This document shows, in pieces, positions 18,380 to 28,403 of a stretch of 64,000 nt of DNA; the first letter of the stretch is position 1, and each line of letters starts with the position of its first letter. Made by a program: the position numbers and the translations under genes. Below the pieces are notes generated by a model. That model ran no database searches and was not told where the DNA came from. It was given only the letters and a program-made list of their open reading frames with translations. The stretch lies in contig OY969785.1 in NCBI GenBank assembly GCA_963703065.1, positions 2,014,116 to 2,078,115 of the forward strand, given 5' to 3'. The stretch is from an uncultured Solirubrobacterales bacterium (lineage in GTDB: Bacteria > Actinomycetota > Thermoleophilia > Solirubrobacterales > Solirubrobacteraceae).

Positions 18380-20269
18380 TCAGCCGACCTGCGTACGCGC
18401 CTCGGCCGCCGCGGCCACCGCCCGTTCCACGGCGTTGACATCCCGGACCGCGCCCGTGTCGGCCGAGGTGGCCATGGCGGCGTAGGCCCGGAGCGCCGGT
18501 GAGACGGCGCGGTCCCGGAGCGCCGGCACGTAGCCGCCGCCCGACTCCAGCCGTTCCCGGCGCTCGGCGAGCTCCTCCTCGCTGACCTCGAGCGCCAGTC
18601 GGCGGGCGGGGATGTCGATCGTGATCGTGTCCCCGTTCTCGATCAGCGCGATCGTCCCGCCGGCTGCCGCCTCGGGTGAGACGTGGCCGATCGACAGTCC
18701 GGAGGTCCCGCCCGAGAAGCGGCCGTCGGTGATCAGGGCGCAGGCCTGACCGAGCCCTCGCCCCTTCAGATAGGAGGTGGGGTAGAGCATCTCCTGCATG
18801 CCGGGGCCGCCCCGCGGCCCCTCGTAGCGGATCACCACCACGTCACCCGGACGCACGCCGTCGCCGAGGATCAGCTCGACGGCTGCCTCCTGGGACTCGA
18901 TGACCACTGCGGGGCCGGAGAAGCGCAGGATCGACTCGTCGACGCCGGCCGTCTTGACCACGCAGCCGCGCACCGCGATGTTGCCGTACAGGATGGCCAG
19001 GCCGCCGTCGGCCGAGTACGCGTGCGCCACGTCCCGGATGCAGCCCTCGGCGGCGTCGGTGTCCAGGGACTCCCAGCGCTCGGACTGCGAGAACGCCTCC
19101 GCCGAACGCCGGCACCCCGGCGCGGCGTGGAACAGCTCCCTGGCCACGTCCGAAGTCCTCCCGGAGCGGACATCCCACGCATCGAGCCACTCGTCCATGC
19201 CGCGCGCGTGGACCGTGTGCACCGACTCATCGAGCAGGCGGCCGCGACGAAGCTCCCCCAGGATGGCCGGGATCCCGCCCGCCCGGTGGACGTCCTCCAT
19301 GAGGTAGGACCCGTTCGGCGCCACCTTGCAGATGCACGGGACGCGGCGTGAGAGCTCGTCGATGTCCCGCATGGTGAAATCGAGCTCGGCTTCGTGGGCG
19401 GCAGCCAGGATGTGGAGGATGGTGTTCGTCGAGCCGCCCATCGCTATGTCCAGCGTCATCGCGTTCTCGAACGCGCCGCGGGTGGCGACCGCCCGCGGGA
19501 GGACCGAGCCATCGTCCTCGCCGTAGAACCGGCGGGCCAGGTCCATCACGGTTCGACCCGCCGATTCGTAGAGCTCGCGCCGGGCGGTGTGCGTGGCGAG
19601 CGTCGAGCCGTTGCCCGGGAGTGCCAGGCCGAGGGCCTCGGTCAGGCAGTTCATCGAGTTGGCGGTGAACATGCCGCTGCACGAGCCGCAGGTCGGGCAG
19701 GCGGCCTCCTCGATGATCGCGATGTCCTCGTCGCTCACCTCGGTGGCGACGGCGTCGGCGATCGCCGAGATGAGGTTGACCCGCTTGCGCACCGTGCCGT
19801 CGAGGAGCACCGCGGTGCCGCCCTCCATCGGCCCACCGGACACGAACACCGTCGGGATGTTCAGCCGCAGCGCGGCCATCAGCATCCCGGGGGTGATCTT
19901 GTCGCAGTTGGAGATGCAGATCAGGGCGTCGGCGCAGTGCGCGTTCACCATGTACTCGACGCTGTCGGCGATCAGGTCGCGGCTCGGCAGCGAGTAGAGC
20001 ATCCCGCCGTGACCCATCGCGATTCCGTCGTCGACCGCGATCGTGTTGAACTCCCGCGGGATGCCCCCGGCCTCGTGCACCGCCTCGGCCACGATCTCGC
20101 CGACCGGCTTGAGGTGGGTGTGGCCGGGCACGAACTGCGTGTAGGAGTTGGCGACGGCGACGATCGGCTTTCCGAAGTCCTCGCGCGCTACGCCGGCGGC
20201 CCGGAGCAGGGCTCGCGCGCCGGCCATGTTCCGGCCGTGCGTGACGGTGCGGGAACGCAGCGCGGGCAT
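18380..20269 (-). CDS. ilvD: Dihydroxy-acid dehydratase
   Basis: [48 protein letters not shown]. Confidence 0.98.
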   Translation of the reverse strand: MPALRSRTVTHGRNMAGARALLRAAGVAREDFGKPIVAVANSYTQFVPGHTHLKPVGEIVAEAVHEAGGIPREFNTIAVDDGIAMGHGGMLYSLPSRDLIADSVEYMVNAHCADALICISNCDKITPGMLMAALRLNIPTVFVSGGPMEGGTAVLLDGTVRKRVNLISAIADAVATEVSDEDIAIIEEAACPTCGSCSGMFTANSMNCLTEALGLALPGNGSTLATHTARRELYESAGRTVMDLARRFYGEDDGSVLPRAVATRGAFENAMTLDIAMGGSTNTILHILAAAHEAELDFTMRDIDELSRRVPCICKVAPNGSYLMEDVHRAGGIPAILGELRRGRLLDESVHTVHARGMDEWLDAWDVRSGRTSDVARELFHAAPGCRRSAEAFSQSERWESLDTDAAEGCIRDVAHAYSADGGLAILYGNIAVRGCVVKTAGVDESILRFSGPAVVIESQEAAVELILGDGVRPGDVVVIRYEGPRGGPGMQEMLYPTSYLKGRGLGQACALITDGRFSGGTSGLSIGHVSPEAAAGGTIALIENGDTITIDIPARRLALEVSEEELAERRERLESGGGYVPALRDRAVSPALRAYAAMATSADTGAVRDVNAVERAVAAAAEARTQVG

Positions 20270-20287
20270 GCGTGCAAGGCTAGCCCA

Positions 20288-21694
20288 CTACGCAGCGGGT
20301 GCGGCGAGGGGAGCGGCCAGGCTCCGGCGAGCGCTGAGCCGGACGTAGCCGGCCAGGCCGGCGAGCAGTGACGCTCCAGCCAGCGCCCACCAGCCGGATT
20401 GGTAGGCGTGCAGCGTCGCCGCCGGGCTGTGCGGGTGACCGAGGATGGCGATCAGGGCGGCGACCCCGATCGCCAAGCCGATCTGGCGGAACATGTTGAC
20501 CACCGCCGAGCCGGTGGCCAGCGCGTGGGGCGGGAGCGAGCCCGCGCCGGCCGCCATCAGGGTCGGCAGCGTCAGCCCGACGCCGATCCCGGTGACGATC
20601 ATCCCGCCGAGCGCATCGCCGACGTAGTCCGGCGTCAGCCCGACGGCCAGCGCCCACCAGGCGATGCCGGCGGCGAACAGCGTTGCGCCGGCCGCGCTCA
20701 CCGCGCCGGCGCCGAAGCGGGCGACGAGCCGCCCGGTGATCCCGAACCCGAACAGCGGCACCATCAGCGGCCCGGGCGCGATCGACAGTCCGGTGTCCAG
20801 GGCCGACCAGTGCCAGACGTCCTGGGTGAACAGCACCCGGGACAGGAGCATGCCGCCGAAGGCGACGGAGAACAGCAGCATCGCGGCGGAGGCGCCGGTG
20901 AACGACCGCAGGCGGAGCAGCGCCGGGTCGACGAGCGGTGCACGGTGCCAGGCGCAGTGGGCGGCGAACAGCGACAGGAGGATCGCCGCTCCGCCGAGAG
21001 CGCCCAGCGTGCGCCCCGCGCTCCACCCCCAGCTCCCGCCCTGCACCAGCCCGAGCGTCAGCAGTCCGACGCCGCCGGTGATGAGTGCGGCGCCGAGCGG
21101 ATCGGGCGCCGGCACCGGATGGCCGGCCACCGCCGGCAGCCGGCGCCAGCCCACGGTCAGAGCGACGAGTCCGACCGGCAGGTTGACCAGGAACACCCAC
21201 CGCCAGCTGGCGGCCACGAGCAGTCCGCCCACCACCGGGCCGAGCGCCGCGGCCAGGCCGCCGACCGCTGTCCAGGCGCGCACCGCACCGGCCCGGCGCT
21301 CGGGTGCGGTGGTGGCGAGGACGAGGCTGAGCGAGGTGGGGGTGAGGATTGCCGCGCCGGCTGCCTGCACGATCCGGAAGGCGATGAGCGTGCCGAGGCT
21401 GCCCGCCGTCCCGCACGCCGCCGACGCCGCGGTGAACAGGGCCACGCCGAGCAGGAACGCTCGGTCGCGCCGGAACCGCTCGGCGATCCGGCCGAACAGG
21501 ACGAGGCAGGCGGCGTACACGATCGCGTAGGCGTTCAGCACCCAGGACAGCTCGGCGAGCCCGTCCGCTCGCAGGTGGAAGTCGCGTCCGATCTGCGGCA
21601 GCGCGACGTTGACGATGAACAGGTCGAGGCTGGCCAGCACGACGCCGGCGCAGACGATCACCAGAACGAGGCGGTGCTGGCTAAGGCGTGGCAT
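20288..21694 (-). CDS. MFS transporter, DHA2 family
   Basis: LDLFIVNVALP, WRWVFLVNLP; TACGGT -10 lies 7 nt before ATG 21694. Confidence 0.92.
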   Translation of the reverse strand: MPRLSQHRLVLVIVCAGVVLASLDLFIVNVALPQIGRDFHLRADGLAELSWVLNAYAIVYAACLVLFGRIAERFRRDRAFLLGVALFTAASAACGTAGSLGTLIAFRIVQAAGAAILTPTSLSLVLATTAPERRAGAVRAWTAVGGLAAALGPVVGGLLVAASWRWVFLVNLPVGLVALTVGWRRLPAVAGHPVPAPDPLGAALITGGVGLLTLGLVQGGSWGWSAGRTLGALGGAAILLSLFAAHCAWHRAPLVDPALLRLRSFTGASAAMLLFSVAFGGMLLSRVLFTQDVWHWSALDTGLSIAPGPLMVPLFGFGITGRLVARFGAGAVSAAGATLFAAGIAWWALAVGLTPDYVGDALGGMIVTGIGVGLTLPTLMAAGAGSLPPHALATGSAVVNMFRQIGLAIGVAALIAILGHPHSPAATLHAYQSGWWALAGASLLAGLAGYVRLSARRSLAAPLAAPAA

Positions 21695-21713
21695 AGTCAG
21701 CACCGTACCACAC

Positions 21714-21737
21714 CTGACTCAGCTACACTGAAGCCAG
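21714..21737. promoter_or_regulatory. Imperfect palindrome, probable HxlR operator between divergent genes
   Basis: CTGACTC-N10-AAGCCAG overlapping a TACACT -10. Confidence 0.45.
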
Positions 21738-21738
21738 T

Positions 21739-22239
21739 ATGGAAGCCCCCGATCACACCATCCGTCTCACGGGATCCCTCGAGCCGCGCTCCGGCTGGAC
21801 TGCGGAACGCTGCCCGATCGCGGCCGCGCTCGACGTCGTCTCCACCCGCTCGGCGTTCCTGTTGCTGCGCGAGGCCTTCTACGGCACCGACCGGTTCGAC
21901 GACTTCGCCGCGCGGGTCGGGATCAGCCAGCCGGCCACGGCGAGCGCCCTCCGCCGCCTGGTGGAGCACGGGCTCCTGGTCCGGGCGGACTACCGCGAGC
22001 CCGGCCAGCGCACTCGCCAGGGCTACCGCCTCACTGCCAAGGGAGCCGAGCTGCTGCCGGCGCTCACCGGGCTGATGGAGTGGGGGAGCCGCTGGCTGGA
22101 CGGGCGCGGCGGCCCGGTCGAGCTTCGGCATCGCGAGTGCGGGGAGCCCGTCGAGCTCGGCTTCCGCTGCGCGGCCGGACACGAGGTCGCGTCAGACGCG
22201 CTCGATCTGGCGCCGCGCCCCCGGCCGATCAGCGCGTGA
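21739..22239 (+). CDS. HxlR-family winged-helix regulator
   Basis: CPIAAALDVV...LLLREAFYG...RFDDF...YRLTAKG; HRECG. Confidence 0.92.
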   Translation: MEAPDHTIRLTGSLEPRSGWTAERCPIAAALDVVSTRSAFLLLREAFYGTDRFDDFAARVGISQPATASALRRLVEHGLLVRADYREPGQRTRQGYRLTAKGAELLPALTGLMEWGSRWLDGRGGPVELRHRECGEPVELGFRCAAGHEVASDALDLAPRPRPISA

Positions 22240-22500
22240 GCGCCCTCAGCCGGCGTTGGAAGCCGGCGTTGATCAGCCGCATGATCAGCGCGTAGAGCGG
22301 CTCGCACCAGCGGTGGAGCCAGAACGCCAGCTGGATCTCAGATCCCCGCGATGTTCATCACCACGTCGAGCGCGCCGCCGTCGGCGGGGACATCGGCGGC
22401 GAAGCGCCGAACCGCCTCGAAGTCGACGATGTCGAGAGCGCGCGTGTGGAGGACCGTGCCGCCCGGCCTGCCGGACCTCCGCCGCCGTCGCCTCCAGGCG
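22229..22500 (-). pseudogene. Short-chain dehydrogenase remnant with frameshift and large internal deletion
   Basis: LEATAAEVRQA/GGTVLHTRALDIVDFEAV...LDVVMNIAGI joined out of frame to a C-terminal-like EIQLAFWLHRWCEPLYALIMRLIN; no GxxxGxG or YxxxK. Confidence 0.7.
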
Positions 22501-22626
22501 GGCGCGGGCCTCGCTCCGCCATGTGGCCACGGTAACCGACGGCGCCCGGTCCGGCCGGATCGGCCCGATGGCCAGCGCGGACGCTCATTGTTCAAGCCGG
22601 CTCGCGCGGCGGGCGATACCGGGGGC

Positions 22627-23736
22627 ATGCCGCGCCCGTCCAGCCAGCTGCGCGCCGCCGTCTGCCTGCTCGCGCTCCTCGCGCCCGCGGCGGCCGAGGC
22701 CGCGCCCCAGTTCACCCCGGCCGAGCGGGTGATCGCCCGAGCGAGCGCGGTCTCCTCGGCGAGCGGCACGATCACCGCCGTCGGCGGCTCGGCACTGACG
22801 ATCCAGACCTCCGGACGCCGGGTCGGCGCCATGGACGCCATGATCGCCGCCGCCGACCGCCTGACCCGGGCGGATTACAACTACGTGTGGGGCGGTGGCC
22901 ATCCCGCGGCCGGGATACCGACCCGCAGCGGGCACAAGCTCGGCTTCGACTGCTCGGGCTCGGTTGCCGCCGTGCTCGTCGCCGGCGGGCTGTGGCCGGC
23001 CGGCAGCCCGGTGCCCAGCGACGCCGGCGTCATCTCCCAGCTCCGCCAGGAGGGGCTGATCCTGTCCGGATCCGGTAGCGGAGCGACGGACCTCACGCTG
23101 TACGACGACCCCGGGTACCACATCTTCATGCGCCTGGCCGGCCGCTACTTCGGCACCTCGGACGGTGGGGGCAGCGATACGGCGAACGGCGGCCCGGGCT
23201 GGCTGGACGACGGGGCGCCGGACACGCAGAGCCGCGCGTACCACGCCTACCACGTGCTCCCCTCGGCGCTGCGCTACCTCCCCGGCACGAGCCAGACGCT
23301 GACCTTCGGGGCCAGCGCCGCGAGCCTGCTGGCGGGCTTCGCTCCCGGCGACGCGGTGACCGTCACCTACGCCGCCGGGTCGAGGGGGGCGATGACCGCC
23401 ACCGGCGTCAGCTTCACCGGCGCGGCGACCGCCTCCGGCTCGCTGGTCTCGATCGGATCGGGCGGCGCGACGATCACGCTCAAGACGACGGGCGGGCAGC
23501 GCCTGAGCCTGACGCTCGGCAGCGGCCTGCGCAGCGCGTCCCTCGTGCCGGGCGACACCCTTGAGGTCCTCTACACCCACACCGGCGCGACGTACCTCGC
23601 CCGCCGGATCACCGTCACCGAGGCTCCGCTGCCGACCGGCGCCGCCGCGGTGAGCGGCGGCACGCTGCCCGGCGGCGGGACGAGTGGCGGGACGGGCTTC
23701 TCGATGGCCGCCGCGACCCAGGGCAACGCCAGCTGA
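22627..23736 (+). CDS. Secreted NlpC/P60-like peptidase with OB-fold-like (DUF5666-type) repeats
   Basis: Signal peptide (AAEA|A); YVWGGGH, GFDCSGSV, HIFM; repeats ending PGDxVxVxY. Confidence 0.75.
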   Translation: MPRPSSQLRAAVCLLALLAPAAAEAAPQFTPAERVIARASAVSSASGTITAVGGSALTIQTSGRRVGAMDAMIAAADRLTRADYNYVWGGGHPAAGIPTRSGHKLGFDCSGSVAAVLVAGGLWPAGSPVPSDAGVISQLRQEGLILSGSGSGATDLTLYDDPGYHIFMRLAGRYFGTSDGGGSDTANGGPGWLDDGAPDTQSRAYHAYHVLPSALRYLPGTSQTLTFGASAASLLAGFAPGDAVTVTYAAGSRGAMTATGVSFTGAATASGSLVSIGSGGATITLKTTGGQRLSLTLGSGLRSASLVPGDTLEVLYTHTGATYLARRITVTEAPLPTGAAAVSGGTLPGGGTSGGTGFSMAAATQGNAS

Positions 23737-23738
23737 GA

Positions 23739-25766
23739 TCAGCTCGCGGCGACGAGCGCCAGGACCTGGTCCGCGTGGCGCTCCAGGAACGATGGGCCGA
23801 TCCCGCGGATATCGGCCAGCGCGTCCACCGAGGCGGGACGGCCCGCCGCGATCGCCTCGAGCGTGCGGTTGTGGGCGACGGTGTACGCCGGCTTGCCCGC
23901 CGCAGCGTCGGCCCGCCAGGCCCGCAGCGCCTCGAGTAGCGCCCGGTCAGCGGGGTCCAGTTCGACCGCATCGGGAGCGGCCGCACCGGCACCCGACCGG
24001 CCGCGGGACCGCGGGACGCTCAGGGTCGCCGGATCGGGCAGGCCGATCGTGTTCGGGTCGCAGATGTCACAGCAGCGGCCGAGCGGCGCCCCTGGCCGTG
24101 GATCGCCGAAGTGGTCGAGCAGCGCGCGGCGCCGACAACCACCATCCGGTCCGGCGAACGCCTCGATCGCGCGGTAGGCGCGCCACGCCCGGTCGCGCGC
24201 CGCGCGGCAGATCTCCCGCACCGCCTGCGAATCGCCGTTGCGTCGCAACGTGACGCGCAGTCGACCGCCGCGCGCCGGCTCCAGCGCGCAGAACCCGGCC
24301 CGCTCGGCGATGCCGAGGCAGATCCGGTCGCGATCATCGGGCAGTGCGTCGAGCACCAGCTCGCCACCGCGCGCCTCGTCGCCCAGGCGGCGCACGAACC
24401 CGGCGACCGCGTCCGGCTCGATCGTCCCCTGGCGGATGAACGTGATCAGCCGGCCCAGGTCGGCACGCGCGGCGAGCAGCCGGGCCCGAGCCGGGCGTCC
24501 GTCCCGCCCCGCTCGACCGGCCTCCTGATAGAGGGCCTCGATGCTCTTCGGGATCGACCAGTGCAGGACGGTGCGGACATCCGCCTTGTCGACACCCATG
24601 CCGAACGCGTTCGTCGCCACCACCACGTCGGCGTCCCCGGCCATGAACCGATGCTGCGCGGCCGCGCGCTCGTCGGCCGGCAGGCCTGCGTGATAGCCGA
24701 CCGCGGTCAGCCCCGCGCCCCGCAGCAGCTCCGTCACCTCCTCCACCTCGCGGCGCGTGCCGCAGTAGACGATTCCCGGCCGGTCCTCGGCGGCGGCGAG
24801 CGCCCGCACGGCGAGCATCCCCTTGCGCGCACGAGACCCGGCGCCGTCGACTCCGATGACGTCGAAACTGAGGTTCGGGCGGTCGAACCCGGCTCGCAGG
24901 ACGTACGGGTCGCGCAGGCCCAGCCGGGCGGCGATCTCCTCGCCCACCGCCTCGGTGGCGGTAGCGGTGCAGGCCATCACCGCCGGCCGGCCGAGCCGGA
25001 CGATCACGTCGCGCAGCCGCAGGTAGTCCGGGCGGAAGTCGTGACCCCACTCCGAGACGCAGTGCGCCTCGTCGACCGCGAACAGGTCGACTCGCCGCGC
25101 GGCGAGCGCCTCCAGGAACGTCGCTGAGGCGAACCGCTCCGGCGAGCAGAGCACCAGCCGGGCCCGCCCCTCCCGCACCTCGTCGAGCGCCGCCGCCGCC
25201 ATCCCGGGCTCCATCCCCGACGCGATCATCGCCGCCGGATGCCCACCGGCCCGCAGGCGACGATATTGGTCGGCCATCAACGCGATGAGCGGCGAGACGA
25301 CGACGGTCAGGGTGTCCTCGGCGATGCCCGGCAGCTGGTAGCAGAGGCTCTTGCCCCCGCCGGTCGGCATCACGACCAGGCTGTCGCGGCCGGCCAGCGC
25401 GGCGGCCACGGCCTCGCGCTGTCCGGGCCGAAACTCGGCCAGCCCGAAGAACCGGAGCAGCGCGTCGGGATCCCGCGGTCCTCGGTAGCGGCAGACGAAC
25501 GCGCCCTCGGGTTCGATCCGGTCCAGGCCGCGGAGCGCCCGCCGGGCCGCGGCGTCGTCCTCCAGCAGCGATGCCTGACGCGGCGCCGGCGCCTGCGCGG
25601 CGGCCAGGGCCGTGGCGAGCGGGACGGCGGCCACGCGCTCGGCGTCGCTCAGCACACGCCACAGGTCGCGGAGCGCCTGGAGCTCCCCCGCCACCGCCGC
25701 GTCCTCGCCGCCGGCCCGCAGCCGGTCGAGCAGGGCCGTGGCCCGGGGGGCGAAGCCGTCGGTCAT
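23739..25766 (-). CDS. recQ: RecQ-family ATP-dependent DNA helicase with HRDC domain
   Basis: PTGGGKSLCYQLP, DEAHC, WGHDFRPDY, QEAGRAGRDG, CCDIC, C-terminal HRDC. Confidence 0.95.
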   Translation of the reverse strand: MTDGFAPRATALLDRLRAGGEDAAVAGELQALRDLWRVLSDAERVAAVPLATALAAAQAPAPRQASLLEDDAAARRALRGLDRIEPEGAFVCRYRGPRDPDALLRFFGLAEFRPGQREAVAAALAGRDSLVVMPTGGGKSLCYQLPGIAEDTLTVVVSPLIALMADQYRRLRAGGHPAAMIASGMEPGMAAAALDEVREGRARLVLCSPERFASATFLEALAARRVDLFAVDEAHCVSEWGHDFRPDYLRLRDVIVRLGRPAVMACTATATEAVGEEIAARLGLRDPYVLRAGFDRPNLSFDVIGVDGAGSRARKGMLAVRALAAAEDRPGIVYCGTRREVEEVTELLRGAGLTAVGYHAGLPADERAAAQHRFMAGDADVVVATNAFGMGVDKADVRTVLHWSIPKSIEALYQEAGRAGRDGRPARARLLAARADLGRLITFIRQGTIEPDAVAGFVRRLGDEARGGELVLDALPDDRDRICLGIAERAGFCALEPARGGRLRVTLRRNGDSQAVREICRAARDRAWRAYRAIEAFAGPDGGCRRRALLDHFGDPRPGAPLGRCCDICDPNTIGLPDPATLSVPRSRGRSGAGAAAPDAVELDPADRALLEALRAWRADAAAGKPAYTVAHNRTLEAIAAGRPASVDALADIRGIGPSFLERHADQVLALVAAS

Positions 25767-25805
25767 CCTCGCCTCAGCCTACGGCGGGCCCCGGCGGCCG
25801 CGCGA

Positions 25806-27848
25806 TCAGGCCCGGCTGCGCGCCCGCCGGCGCCGCGGCGCGCGGGCGGGAACCCTGACGGGCCGCAGCACGGCGGTCGCCCGACGGACCACCGTCCCGG
25901 CGAGAGCGGCCTGCGGCGTGTCCGCGGGATACGGGTTCGCCGGTCCCAGCGGCACGGTGACCGTCATCCGGCCCCCACCGTCCGCCACCCCGTCGACCGT
26001 CGTCGTCTGCCCCGCGAAGCGCACGGTGGCCACGAAGCGGGCGGCACGGTGCAGACAGGCGGGCGTGGTGATGGTGGCCGAGCCGCTCCCGGCGAGCGTG
26101 AAGCCGGTGCAGCTCGCCCCGCTCAGCGTCGAGAACTCACGCGCCGTGCGATGGGTGACGACGCTCCACCCGTACACGGTGTAGCGATCGTCGGCGCTGG
26201 TGAAGCTCACCGTTCGCGGCGCGGGCACCGGGTGGGCGAAGTTCGCCATCACCGCCGCGATCGTCCAGCGCAGGTCGCGCGCCCAGTACGGCCAGGAGTG
26301 GGTGCCCGGGCCGTACGGGTCGTACGTGCTCGGGATGCCGAGCGCGACCAGCCGGCGGTGGAAGTCCACCGCGTCCTCATCCACCGCGGCCTCGATCGCC
26401 TCCGAACCCGGGTTCGCCGTCTGCGAGGTGTCGAGCGGGCCCGGTGTACCGTCGCCGAACAGGAGCGTCAGCCGTGTGTCGCGGAGGTTCGACGCCAGCG
26501 TCGCCGGGTCGTGGGCGGCCCAGTTGATCTCGTCGGTCACCGGACTGCCGAACATCGAGTCGGCCGCCACGTGGTCGAGCCCTACCTCGGTGGCGTTGAT
26601 GATCGCCACGGCGCCGGTGTGCGCGTCGGAGTCGTAGGCGATGTCCGGCGCCCCGGAGTAGGAGAGCGCCAGGCCGAACAGGTCCGGGTGGCGAGCGGCG
26701 TAGCTCATCGAGCAGAAGCCGCCCTGCGACAGCCCGGCGATCGCCCGTCCACCGCGCGAGGCCACCGTGCGCAGGGTGGCGTCCAGCCACGGCACGAGCT
26801 GCCCGATGTGGAACGTCTCCCATCGCTCGGCGCCGTCCGGCCAATCGGTGCACCAGCCGCCCCCGTCCCCGTTCAGCGTGATGTCGGGCATGACCACGAT
26901 GAGCGGCCGTCCTGCCGTGGTGGCCTCTGCTCCGCCGAGCGTCGTCCAGTCCGAGGCCCGCCCGCTCGTGCCGTCGAACAGGATGAGGACCGGGTAGCGC
27001 CGGCGGCTGCGGGCATACCCGGCGGGCAGCAGGATGCGGACGTCGACCGCCTGGGGGAGCGCCGTGGTGCGCAGCGTCACGTCGTCCAGCCGGCCGTCGA
27101 GGTGGTGCACGGCGAGCACCTGCAGGCCATCGCGATCGGCGTACACCGGCGAATCACCGCCACCGCGGCGCGCCGCCGCATGGGCGGGGGCGGCGGCCGC
27201 CAGCGCCCCACCGACGAGCGCGACGGCCAGCAGCGCCACGCCGGCGTTCCCGCTCAGCCGGCGGACCAGGCGGAGCGCCGCGCCGGCCGGGCCGCCGCCG
27301 AGTGGTTGCGGGTCGGGCTGCACCCGGAGGCTGTTCAGCGTCATGGCGAGCATCTCGTAGTGCCCGGCGAGCAGCGGGAGCTCGATCAGCTGCCGCTCGG
27401 AGAGCTCTTCGGCCAGCGCGGCCCACGTGGCATCGGTGATCGTGCGGGTGTCGTGGAGCTCGTCGACCGCGCGGACGAGCAATGCCTGGCGCGCGGAGAG
27501 CGCCGCCGCCCCGCCGAAGTCACGCGCCGCGTCGACCTGCTCCGGCTCCAGCCCGGACGCACGGCCGATCCGCTCGTGGTGGCGCCACTCGTACTCGCTG
27601 CCGCAGCGGTGGGCGACCCGCAGGATGACGAGCTCGGCGTCGGGGCGGGGGAGCGTCCCACCCGGCATCAGCCGGCCCGCGAAGCGCAGCCAGGCGCGGA
27701 ACAACCGCCGGTGACGGGCCAGGGTGGTGAAGACGTGGGGAGGTGTGCGAGTCCCCGCCCCCCGGGCGATCACCGCCGTGATCAGCGCGTTGAGCGCGCC
27801 GATGTCGGCGCGGGTTCCGGGCGGGATGCGAGGGCGGTCGCCGGCGAT
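25806..27848 (-). CDS. Carboxymuconolactone decarboxylase/AhpD-like domain fused via a hydrophobic segment to an antigen-85-like esterase
   Basis: ELVILRVAHRCGSEYEWRHH (CMD); AIAGLSQGG and GTHSWPYW (esterase); start uncertain, ATC at 27848 proposed. Confidence 0.7.
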   Translation of the reverse strand: MAGDRPRIPPGTRADIGALNALITAVIARGAGTRTPPHVFTTLARHRRLFRAWLRFAGRLMPGGTLPRPDAELVILRVAHRCGSEYEWRHHERIGRASGLEPEQVDAARDFGGAAALSARQALLVRAVDELHDTRTITDATWAALAEELSERQLIELPLLAGHYEMLAMTLNSLRVQPDPQPLGGGPAGAALRLVRRLSGNAGVALLAVALVGGALAAAAPAHAAARRGGGDSPVYADRDGLQVLAVHHLDGRLDDVTLRTTALPQAVDVRILLPAGYARSRRRYPVLILFDGTSGRASDWTTLGGAEATTAGRPLIVVMPDITLNGDGGGWCTDWPDGAERWETFHIGQLVPWLDATLRTVASRGGRAIAGLSQGGFCSMSYAARHPDLFGLALSYSGAPDIAYDSDAHTGAVAIINATEVGLDHVAADSMFGSPVTDEINWAAHDPATLASNLRDTRLTLLFGDGTPGPLDTSQTANPGSEAIEAAVDEDAVDFHRRLVALGIPSTYDPYGPGTHSWPYWARDLRWTIAAVMANFAHPVPAPRTVSFTSADDRYTVYGWSVVTHRTAREFSTLSGASCTGFTLAGSGSATITTPACLHRAARFVATVRFAGQTTTVDGVADGGGRMTVTVPLGPANPYPADTPQAALAGTVVRRATAVLRPVRVPARAPRRRRARSRA

Positions 27849-27858
27849 GAGCGCGATC

Positions 27859-28347
27859 CTACGCCCCGCCGGCCGGCGCTTCGCCTGCCGGCGCCGCGTC
27901 GCTGCCGCCGGGCTGCACGGTACCGGCCAGGACGTGCGCGCCCACCGCGCCGGCGGCACCGGCGCCCGCCGCGGCCAAGGCCCAGCCCGCCCCGTTGCTC
28001 TCGTCGGCCAGCGCCAGCACGGCGGCGATCAGCACCAGGTTGTACTCGAACCCGCCGTCGCTGATCCATGGCCCGTTCTTCAGGTGGACGCGATGGATGG
28101 CCGTGAGCATCGTGCCGGTCAGCGCCGCCGCTGCCGCGGGCACCGCCACGCCCGCGGCCAGCGCCGCCCCACCGGCCGCCTCCGCCACCCCGGCTGCCGT
28201 CGCGTTGCGCCGGCCGGGGCGCATCCCCAGGCTCTCGAAGAACTGGGCGGTGCCCTCAAGCCCGTGCCCGCCGAACCAGCCGAACAGCTTCTGGGTGCCG
28301 TGACCGACGAACAGCAGGCCGACGGCGAGACGCAGGAACAGCTTCAT
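27859..28347 (-). CDS. DoxX family membrane protein
   Basis: LRLAVGLLFVGHGTQKLFGWFGG...GGFEYNL. Confidence 0.92.
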   Translation of the reverse strand: MKLFLRLAVGLLFVGHGTQKLFGWFGGHGLEGTAQFFESLGMRPGRRNATAAGVAEAAGGAALAAGVAVPAAAAALTGTMLTAIHRVHLKNGPWISDGGFEYNLVLIAAVLALADESNGAGWALAAAGAGAAGAVGAHVLAGTVQPGGSDAAPAGEAPAGGA

Positions 28348-28403
28348 GAAGACCTCCGGGGCGGGGGAACGGACGAGTCGCTTGTGCCCGCAACCATCCC
28401 GGG

